Part shown: positions 43,801 through 50,630 of the stretch, piece by piece
How positions within the stretch are numbered: position 1 is the stretch's first letter
Layout of the letters: every line of letters starts with the position of its first letter
Origin: Minisyncoccota bacterium
Lineage (GTDB): Bacteria; Patescibacteriota; Microgenomatia; UBA1400; PJMF01
Assembly: GCA_009991965.1 (NCBI GenBank)
Contig: JAACWQ010000007.1
Span: 1-60,075, forward strand
DNA: 60,075 bases
Direction of reading: 5' to 3'
Made by a program: the position numbers and the translations under genes
The notes under the pieces: generated by a model
What the model saw: only the letters and a program-made list of their open reading frames with translations
Databases searched by the model: none
Told to the model about the DNA's origin: nothing

Positions 43801-45152
43801 ATTCTCGTTTTGCGAAAAATCTCATACTCTGCGTGGGTGGCGAGGTACTCTGCAGCAGTTTTTTGCAACTCGCTTTCGGAGGTTGTTTGTGTCACAACTT
43901 GTTCTGGTCGTTCTTTTGGAATTGCTTCGATGACTGCGTGTTGTTTAATGGCAGAAACAACTTCCTGTTTTGGCAATTCGCCAATGATTTCTGCCAGCGA
44001 TAGATTATCAATTTCCAATTTTGCCAGTTTTTCAGCGAATTCCTCAGCACGCACTGGGCTGACTGCCGCAAGCTCGTCACCAAGTTCTGTGTATAAATGT
44101 GTGATTCCAGCAACTAATTTTGGTGTGGTGCCAATGGTATGGATAAATTGACCAAAAATAGTAAGGCGAAGTTTTCCATCTTCTCCGCTCAATAATTGTT
44201 GGGTACGTGTTGGGTGAGAGATCAAGAAGTGGTATAGTTCTTCGTTGAAATTTGCTGCAAGATCACTCCAAATTTGGTCAAGTTCTGCGCTGGCGTGATC
44301 ACCTCGAATGTTGTTGTAAAACTCAAATTCGAGCATCGACAAAAGGTTTTGGCGCTCAATCTGAAATTCTCTTGTATGTGATTGTAAGAATTTCTGAAAA
44401 TCTTCGCTAGTCTCTAGCTGTTGTGAATCAGTAGGTTCGCTTTGGTCTTGTCCTTCACCCGCATCACTCTGATCGGAAGAGCCAGCGCTGTAAGCAGTCA
44501 CTGCAGCAGAGATGGCTTCGCCGTCTACTTTGGCGCTAGAAACGTCGCTAGCTAGAGCACTTGTGGCGCTGTCCGAAGGAGTCGATACTGCCGCATGTTC
44601 TGCAATCGCGGCACTGGTAGGAACAATTATTCCCTTGCGAAATTCTTCAATGTCAGTGTCAGAAAATATGCTTGAAATGCGACCCGCAGTCTCTTTTCCT
44701 AGGCGTTTTAGCCAGTATTGCGGATCCATTGATTCAAAAAAAATGAGATGTGGGCTGTGATCCCAACTCCAAAATAATCGCGAGATATCGGTAATTATTT
44801 GCGCCCAATCAGGAAGAAATAGTAGCTTTGGTCTCTCAATTTCCCCTGTGTTGCCAAATTGCTTCTTGCCCTCTGTGGTCAGTTTTACCACTCCCTGGCT
44901 CAGCAGTTTAATAATTATTTCTTGGTTGTCGATCAATTGGTACTTGGAGTCAATCAGTTTGGTTAAATCGTCAAACAACTGAACAAGTTGCGGTCGTTCT
45001 TCTGGAGTGTAAACACCCAGACGCTTGACTTGATCGAGGGGAATAAGGTTGTCAGCCGAAAAAATTGAGCCAAATGCAGCCCGCGCTTGGTCGCGCAAAC
45101 CAGTATCTTGGGTGGTTGTTGGTTGTTGCTGATCTGTGTCGGTATCCGCCAT
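40869..45152 (-). CDS. Giant (1,427 aa) membrane protein: acidic N-terminal ~830 aa, Gly/Ala-zipper TM bundle, S/T/A linker, and a C-terminal external domain with an HExxH zincin motif
   Basis: Gly-zipper region ...GGAAGGAIGAFLGAALGPVGAVAGGMIGANVGAAIPGLGG.... Last TM PLIGIGIGLFLSIQVLFIIYSAFLI. HELGH is encoded at 41100-41114 (minus strand), with GEAFAEAIARY ~40 aa downstream as a possible third ligand. Confidence 0.6.
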   Translation of the reverse strand: MADTDTDQQQPTTTQDTGLRDQARAAFGSIFSADNLIPLDQVKRLGVYTPEERPQLVQLFDDLTKLIDSKYQLIDNQEIIIKLLSQGVVKLTTEGKKQFGNTGEIERPKLLFLPDWAQIITDISRLFWSWDHSPHLIFFESMDPQYWLKRLGKETAGRISSIFSDTDIEEFRKGIIVPTSAAIAEHAAVSTPSDSATSALASDVSSAKVDGEAISAAVTAYSAGSSDQSDAGEGQDQSEPTDSQQLETSEDFQKFLQSHTREFQIERQNLLSMLEFEFYNNIRGDHASAELDQIWSDLAANFNEELYHFLISHPTRTQQLLSGEDGKLRLTIFGQFIHTIGTTPKLVAGITHLYTELGDELAAVSPVRAEEFAEKLAKLEIDNLSLAEIIGELPKQEVVSAIKQHAVIEAIPKERPEQVVTQTTSESELQKTAAEYLATHAEYEIFRKTRIFLYKLSPELDLSAQNIRRDLAEFARREILNLTDTQLRLAQSDPTYLLSLYQRFAINLPSQYPQITSFLIEYGRFIQQTDATEAAQFEAVYRNGILGRSVGAKDALAADLQASLGGGATPIVVANTAATIDAMILEFGDAAPEFVKKISANRLELAFGLAAGTLTAATAPIFIATLQSQISLRLSDLKMGGGQQFLQSGGLQGAIPSDPASVQRALSAIPQSRQMLTSFGAETTIAALTTPVTPVEKNHAAWWSSLPKDVQSQLYDKIEGVGSSSQFAGFSSLPIPPKLNTYNSTEIRKFLVGIGTENIHVIDPILDIQDRIAIQQVKVAKLREQVLAEVIQNIKDEQAAMIAAQMGLAVAEGESNQNAIQIAMTSGAAPLAITQLAGMNVGTDPYTYDYGQGSSSAKSQIASSIRSALMKKAGKALAGKFAQGAALKAGLAATGVGVVPAAALAIWQNKTLRQIALAGGALAVGKTLYALTTVGGAAGGAIGAFLGAALGPVGAVAGGMIGANVGAAIPGLGGQWTGLMGWTPHAPISPFGTAGSSLSSGSGAGQSMSAMRAANTGATQPLSYSQQTALTSAPETSAVAGDAFAQASPTTTAAGSSSLTGFLGATAAAVTATAAPLIGIGIGLFLSIQVLFIIYSAFLIKVPSEGVVGKTEELSKYATLEKTASPESIDDSVSPISTDVTYAIKFEPKKEYRLQVTQVKDAFSYQGCDKKQEHSCDLSLKSPLTLNSFPPEIMTGPAEPTYSLTISAVDVMVINTLTITFDVFDTAGNKLSTNETITALAAVVIGNPTIGCFTPGTAGINLGTEKDPYITITTTDADMSKVRAAYSASILENPKFTSLVCAKGPITIYRLASNASGYYGWTTSSDSIALYTPTFSSTISTEYTLIHELGHIVDNRNAGLRATFVATLPSNLYSCFNYPFPDRCADGEAFAEAIARYVTNYRVYNLKQVHPKEHAWLKNNVFGGVEY

Positions 45153-45209
45153 ACCCTGTGATTATACGTGGTTTAGGGGGGTGACGGGAAATGCGAAATC
45201 TACTGGGAG

Positions 45210-45238
45210 TTGACAAATCTAATGCAATTTTATAAAAT
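45210..45238 (+). promoter_or_regulatory. Sigma70-like promoter (TTGACA-17-TAAAAT), 6 nt upstream of the vapB-2 ATG
   Basis: TTGACA at 45210-45215, TAAAAT at 45233-45238, ATG at 45245. Confidence 0.5.
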
Positions 45239-45244
45239 TACTGG

Positions 45245-45511
45245 ATGTACACAGCAACAGTCACTGCCCAAGGGCAAATCACTATTCCCATTGCGCTGCG
45301 TCGAGCGCTCAAGCTGGATCGAGCCAAGGTGATTATTACTCAGACTAATGCAGGAACCATTGAAATAGAGCCAGAGCCAGATATTATGTCATTGTTGGGG
45401 TCGGTAAAAGCAACCACAAGCAAATCGATTAGTGAAATAGTCGAAGAAGAGGTTTTGAAAGAATACAAAAGAACAGAAAAACGCCTGTCAAATACGCCGA
45501 TTATTGTGTAG
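45245..45511 (+). CDS. vapB: AbrB/SpoVT-fold antitoxin (VapB-like), second copy
   Basis: MYTATVTAQGQITIPIALRRALKLDRAKVIITQ is a swapped-hairpin motif. Immediately followed by a PIN gene. Confidence 0.75.
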   Translation: MYTATVTAQGQITIPIALRRALKLDRAKVIITQTNAGTIEIEPEPDIMSLLGSVKATTSKSISEIVEEEVLKEYKRTEKRLSNTPIIV

Positions 45512-45896
45512 CCGTATGCAAAAGTTATTTGTCGACACCAATGTCATCATTAGTTATTTGACCCAAAGAAACTTAGAACAAACCTTGGAGATAGTAAAAA
45601 CGTTTCAAGAAGCAAATGAGAATGAATTGCAACTATTTATTACCTCAGAAGTACTCCTCGAAGCTTCTTTCGTGCTCAAGCGCTACAACCTTTCGCGCCA
45701 AGAGATTGCACAAAAGCTATTGGCGGTAGTGAAATCACCCACTTTTTTTGTATCTGAGAAAGATATCTTTATAGGAGCTTTGGAACTTTTGAAAGATATA
45801 AACGCTGATTTAGCAGATTGTTTGTTGTACGTGCGCTCACGAAAAGCGGGCGCAGGTGTCTACACGTTTGATAAAGATTTTACTAAGTTCGACTAA
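45504..45896 (+). CDS. vapC: PIN-domain toxin (VapC-like), second copy
   Basis: KLFVDTNVIISYL..., ...TSEVLLEASFVL..., ...DLADCLLY.... The true start is probably MQKLF at 45516. The 3' end overlaps the convergent EamA gene by 4 nt. Confidence 0.8.
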   Translation: MCSRMQKLFVDTNVIISYLTQRNLEQTLEIVKTFQEANENELQLFITSEVLLEASFVLKRYNLSRQEIAQKLLAVVKSPTFFVSEKDIFIGALELLKDINADLADCLLYVRSRKAGAGVYTFDKDFTKFD

Positions 45897-46792
45897 GCTT
45901 GCTTTTTGCCAATTTGCACAATCGCAAACAGCAAAACAACCGCCGCCACAATTTGCGGGGGACTCAAAAACACGTGATAGACAAAGGCATCAAGTACTAC
46001 GGCCAAAAGCGGAAAGGTAAGCTCCAACATGGTTGAAACTTTGGCTTCAACCCGCTTGAGTCCTTGATAATAAATGTACAGTGCAACCATGCCGGTAGAC
46101 AGAGCGATAACAAAAAGTGTACCCAACTGTCCGCTCGTCACTTGGGCAAAACTAGCCATTTGACCAAACATCGCTACTGCCAGACCTGCAAATATACTGG
46201 TGAAGAAAAATCGCAAACTAGTACTCATTGCGGTCGATTGTTTGTTGAGCAGCGACTTAGATAGCGTTGTGCCCGATCCCCAAGCAACCGCAGCACCAAA
46301 GGCGAGTAGGGCGGCGAGCAAAGTCCCTGCTCCAGTGTTGAGATTAACAACCCCACTCGGGAAGGTAACAAAATATGCCGCTATGAGTGCCACCGCTGCC
46401 CAAAGCACAAACGATTTTGGCAACCGCTCTTTGAGAAAAATATGAGCAGTCGAAATTGCAAAGAGTGGCTGGAGTTTTTGCAGCAAGAAGACAACACTAA
46501 GCGAAATAAAGCTGACTTTGACGAGTGCAGCGGTAAACATCAGTGTACCCAGTAGCCCGCTGAGCATGGCAACGGCCGCAGCTTGCATGAGCCCGCGCTT
46601 GGTAATGGATTCTTTTCTGAGTTGGCGCACAAACAAAGGCACGAGCAGAATACTACCAATCAGGTGTTCTAAAAATACTATGGTAATTGGTGGCAGTGAG
46701 TAGAGGCTTCTGCGCAATAATCCATCGAGTGCCCAAAGTGAGGCGGCGACTATAATGAGCAGTGAGCCGAGAGGGAGGATTTTTTTTGTCAC
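45893..46792 (-). CDS. EamA/DMT-family transporter (10 TM)
   Basis: Two EamA-like halves, each with five hydrophobic helices (...ASLWALDGLLRR..., ...AAVAWGSGTTLSKSLL...). Confidence 0.8.
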   Translation of the reverse strand: MTKKILPLGSLLIIVAASLWALDGLLRRSLYSLPPITIVFLEHLIGSILLVPLFVRQLRKESITKRGLMQAAAVAMLSGLLGTLMFTAALVKVSFISLSVVFLLQKLQPLFAISTAHIFLKERLPKSFVLWAAVALIAAYFVTFPSGVVNLNTGAGTLLAALLAFGAAVAWGSGTTLSKSLLNKQSTAMSTSLRFFFTSIFAGLAVAMFGQMASFAQVTSGQLGTLFVIALSTGMVALYIYYQGLKRVEAKVSTMLELTFPLLAVVLDAFVYHVFLSPPQIVAAVVLLFAIVQIGKKQA

Positions 46793-46804
46793 AAGACTGA
46801 TAGT

Positions 46805-47263
46805 TTAGCGTAAAAGCTTGGATTTGACTATTGATACATCGCTCGCCAATTGTTCCTTGAGTGCAAGTAGCGAAATAAAATCCATTGGTGGGCGGACAAA
46901 TGCACCAACTTGAAACTCTACAAACTGGTCGTACACATCTGCAGTAAAATCAAGCACGTGGATCTCGAGCACATTGTGTGTCTCGCCTTTGACCAAACGA
47001 GGCCCGTAGTAGAGCGCTCCCATGTATTCATTTCCCCCCACACGCACTTTGGCAGCATATACGCCAGGGCTTGTTCGCAGGTTTGCTGGCCAAAGCGAAG
47101 GCTCAAGATTGAGACTGGGGAAGTTAATAGTGCGACCAGTTTGATCACCGTGTAGGACTAAGCCAGATATCCAGGTTGTCGGTTGTTTGTTCACACGCTC
47201 ATTATACCCGCTTCTCATACTCGGCAGGTCTGGGGTATAATTTGGGGTGTTATGGTGCCACAA
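46805..47263 (-). CDS. Stand-alone riboflavin kinase domain protein
   Basis: ISGLVLHGDQTGRTINFPSLNLEP...PGVYAAKVRV...GPRLVKGETHNVLEIHVLDFTADVYDQFVEFQVGAFVRPPMDF follows the RibF C-terminal kinase pattern (G.V..G...Gr..gfPT.N......GVY......rP......lEvh.lDf..dlY). The start is possibly Met16 (47218). Confidence 0.7.
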   Translation of the reverse strand: MWHHNTPNYTPDLPSMRSGYNERVNKQPTTWISGLVLHGDQTGRTINFPSLNLEPSLWPANLRTSPGVYAAKVRVGGNEYMGALYYGPRLVKGETHNVLEIHVLDFTADVYDQFVEFQVGAFVRPPMDFISLLALKEQLASDVSIVKSKLLR

Positions 47264-50200
47264 GAATCAGACATAAGCTCGCAAGAGCCAAAAAAAGAAG
47301 AGAAACTTTCTGGTGTTCGGGTCGCCGATCAATTAGAAGCGGCAATTAATGCAAAACATCGCGATCAAGTTGTAGCACTATTGGCACAGATTCCTGACGA
47401 CGATGCTGTTCAAGAATTAGCTGATGATTACCTGATTTATACAAGATTGACTGAATTGGCTGGCCTGGCCTCAGATTTTTTGGCGAGAAACATAGAGGCC
47501 GTATCCGAAGCTACGTCAGAGGTAGATTCATCAAATTTTGACCAAGATCGTCGGACACTAAATACGATATTGCATGAGGCTCAAATGGGAGCAATTACGA
47601 GTAGAGCAGATGCTCAATTTGCGATCAGAACCAGATTGATCGGAGATTTTGCTAATTTTTCGCCAGAAGAACAAGACGAAATAACCGGCTTGACCTCTAA
47701 AATACTCGCTCTTTTTCCCGTTGGTGTGGGAGTTTCTCAGGAGCCTCCAAGAGCTAGGGCGGAAAACTCATTTACTGACCAGACTCAAGCTGTTAGGAAT
47801 GCTATTGCAGCCACAGATCTAGATGCGGCATGGAATATTTTGCAGCCACTCATTGTAGGTCGTTTTGCAGTTGAGGTAAGTCCTACCGAGCGAAATGATG
47901 TTGCGCGACTCGCAGTTAAGATTTTTACTGCCAACATTGAACAATTAAGGCAATTAATTGCCGATCATGGTATTTCAGATGTAGTAACACAAGCTGTTCG
48001 AGCACTTGAGGCTAGAGTGCGCGCGAATCGCAACTTGTTTGTAAATCCTGCCGAAGCACAAGTTCTTTTGAGCACAATTGATGAGCTGCTTGATCAAGCT
48101 TTGGAAGAAGAGGTGGTTCCTGACGTAGCAGAAGATCGGGAGTCCTCAAGACAACGACTGTTGCAGGAATTTAATGAGGCTACTGAACAATTGCGAGAGC
48201 TGCTTAATAGAGCTGAGGCAATAAACAAAGAAACTGATGAGCTGCTTGAAAGTGATATTCAGGCTATGATCGATGAAACTTCTAGAGAAAGACGGATTTT
48301 AAATGCACCTGATTTTGAAAGATATTCTGGTTTGTTTGAATCAGAAATTAAGGTATTAGAGAGACGTTTGGCGAACATAACCCCACTTTTAGGTGAATAC
48401 AAAGATTTTTACAGGGTTGAGCAGTTGCGTTATATGCCAATAGAGCAACTAGCAAGACTGAGTAAGTCTAGAAATGCAGACCCATTTCTTTTTAGCAATA
48501 TTCGAGAATCAAATATGGATCCATATGATAAGGCGATAGCATTGGCAGCGCAAAATAGACTACTTGGTTCTTGGAGGGAAGGAGATTCTCCGGCAGAAAA
48601 TAGAGAGCGAGAGACATGGAAAGTTTGGTTGCAATATAAATATATGGAAGCAAAGTTGCAAAATGAGGCCGAAAAAGCTTCGTCAAAAAGAAGAACAATT
48701 GTTGATTCAAAAGACAAGACTAGCGCGCTAGAAGATGCTCTCAACTCACATGTGGTTTCAAGAGACGAGGTTATGAGAGTTATGGCTCATGATGTTCGAT
48801 GGGGTAATGATTTTAAGATATTAATAGCTGCCGCAATTGCGCAGGCAGGTTTGCGCGATGTTCCTCCAGGACATGTACGTTCACGATATCCATCACCAGC
48901 AGACACTGAGCGTAGGTTGCGTGACGAAGGCATTAGGCGCGAACCTATCATGACAAGTGAGGGGCAGATGGTGTTGGTAGATGGAAGAATTTACAAATAT
49001 TCTTCTGCAATGTCTTATGAGTCTCTTGCTGATGAGCAAAGTGGCAGAGCTGCCTTAGATAGATTTTTTCGAAATTTTATTATAGCTAATGCGCAAGATT
49101 CTCAGGAAGTAAGAAGACATGCTCACCCAATGGCTATTGAATTTGCAAATTTAGCATATATTACACACTCCCTCTTGGACGATTCGTTTTTAGAACTACA
49201 AGCTGCAACAAAGACAAGAGCTCACAATGCAATGGCTAGCGAGCCTGATACCCTAAGTATAAATAAATGTTTGGCAATTTCTCCTCACAGAGTTGCTCGA
49301 TATGCTCGCCCAAAAGATTGGTCACAGCTAATTTTTCCATATTTTGATCTTGAAAACATGCCAAGTTATTACTTTGAATCCGATGATGTTAAGCACCAAA
49401 TTTTACACACAGTGCACTTATTTGAAATCACTCAAAAAGTGCTATTTGATACAGATCAGTTTTTCCACGTACTGCCTTTCCCAAAATACCTAGAGCTGTT
49501 ATTTCCTAGTGTTAGGTCACTTGTTGAAATGCAGAAGGGAGAAACTATGTGGGTTTCAGCTTCGGAAGTGAGCGAAAATGAAACTGATCAGTGGTTGGTT
49601 GATCATAACAATAACTTGCTTGCTGTCCAAGACAGCGAAGGTAGTGTGTGGTCTCCAAATGATGCTAGAAATGATCGAGGCAGTGATTTTTTGGGCAGGT
49701 TTGAAAACCCACGTTCACTGAGAACTACTACGCTTAATTCAGCGGATGAGATCTCATACGGTCGCTTTATTTTGCCGAATCGAAACTCAGTAGACACCAG
49801 TACTGCAAAAGTGACATTTGAAAACAGAAGTTTTGGAGTAGTTGGCAAGCCCAAAGGTAAGGATTTGTATTTTATAGCAGAGAAAGGGTTTGAAAGGGTT
49901 CTTGAGTTGACCTTTGGCTCTCTTCCCGCAGAATTGAGTTATAGGGATATATTAGAAAGTTTTGGTGCTGGAAAGGCGGGGTTGCTCAACGAGTGTTTGT
50001 CTGCATGGGGTATGGCAAAGGTGTTCCCTTGGGAGAACTTAGACAGATTGTTGGCGCCATTGCTGGGTCATTATCTCATGAGACTTATTGCGGCATTCGA
50101 AAAGGAAATGCCGCGAGACAGAGTAGAGCTGGTAAAGGGCATATTCAGCCAACTAGGAAGAGCGTCAACGTATGGGGGTTTGGGTTATGAGAACTTAAGA

Positions 50201-50620
50201 TTGCAGGTCGATGGTGTTTTGCGAATGTTGGAAGAAGATCAAAATCATATCCAACCAATAAATCAGTTTAAAAATGTAACGGTTACTACCTGGGGCCCAT
50301 ATGGAATTACTGGCGACAAGACAATTAATCTTGCCCCATCTGTTAATTTTTACGAGAATCATCGAGAGAAAGAGCTTCATCAGGCAATAACGGAAATTTT
50401 TGTTGAAGAGCATCCAAGTAAGCCAATTCCACCCATATCTACTGCCGTTGGAGTGTCAATAAAACAAGGAATTTGGAGATTGGGTGAAAAGCTGAAATAT
50501 CAACCGCTAGATAAAGATCAGGAGCATCTTATTGCACAAGCAAAATGGGAGGCTTCAATTGCGCCGCAGATAGATAGGAATGTTGAGATAGTTGACAAAA
50601 AAGCCGGAAAAGAGTCTTAA
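47252..50620 (+). CDS. Large (~1,120 aa) soluble hypothetical protein, no recognisable domain
   Basis: Uninterrupted ORF with no TM or signal peptide. The N-terminal third looks acidic and helical. Start placed at Met24 (MVPQESD) to avoid overlapping the divergent kinase gene. AT-richer than its flanks by eye. Confidence 0.6.
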   Translation: MVPQESDISSQEPKKEEKLSGVRVADQLEAAINAKHRDQVVALLAQIPDDDAVQELADDYLIYTRLTELAGLASDFLARNIEAVSEATSEVDSSNFDQDRRTLNTILHEAQMGAITSRADAQFAIRTRLIGDFANFSPEEQDEITGLTSKILALFPVGVGVSQEPPRARAENSFTDQTQAVRNAIAATDLDAAWNILQPLIVGRFAVEVSPTERNDVARLAVKIFTANIEQLRQLIADHGISDVVTQAVRALEARVRANRNLFVNPAEAQVLLSTIDELLDQALEEEVVPDVAEDRESSRQRLLQEFNEATEQLRELLNRAEAINKETDELLESDIQAMIDETSRERRILNAPDFERYSGLFESEIKVLERRLANITPLLGEYKDFYRVEQLRYMPIEQLARLSKSRNADPFLFSNIRESNMDPYDKAIALAAQNRLLGSWREGDSPAENRERETWKVWLQYKYMEAKLQNEAEKASSKRRTIVDSKDKTSALEDALNSHVVSRDEVMRVMAHDVRWGNDFKILIAAAIAQAGLRDVPPGHVRSRYPSPADTERRLRDEGIRREPIMTSEGQMVLVDGRIYKYSSAMSYESLADEQSGRAALDRFFRNFIIANAQDSQEVRRHAHPMAIEFANLAYITHSLLDDSFLELQAATKTRAHNAMASEPDTLSINKCLAISPHRVARYARPKDWSQLIFPYFDLENMPSYYFESDDVKHQILHTVHLFEITQKVLFDTDQFFHVLPFPKYLELLFPSVRSLVEMQKGETMWVSASEVSENETDQWLVDHNNNLLAVQDSEGSVWSPNDARNDRGSDFLGRFENPRSLRTTTLNSADEISYGRFILPNRNSVDTSTAKVTFENRSFGVVGKPKGKDLYFIAEKGFERVLELTFGSLPAELSYRDILESFGAGKAGLLNECLSAWGMAKVFPWENLDRLLAPLLGHYLMRLIAAFEKEMPRDRVELVKGIFSQLGRASTYGGLGYENLRLQVDGVLRMLEEDQNHIQPINQFKNVTVTTWGPYGITGDKTINLAPSVNFYENHREKELHQAITEIFVEEHPSKPIPPISTAVGVSIKQGIWRLGEKLKYQPLDKDQEHLIAQAKWEASIAPQIDRNVEIVDKKAGKES

Positions 50621-50630
50621 TAAAATCGTT

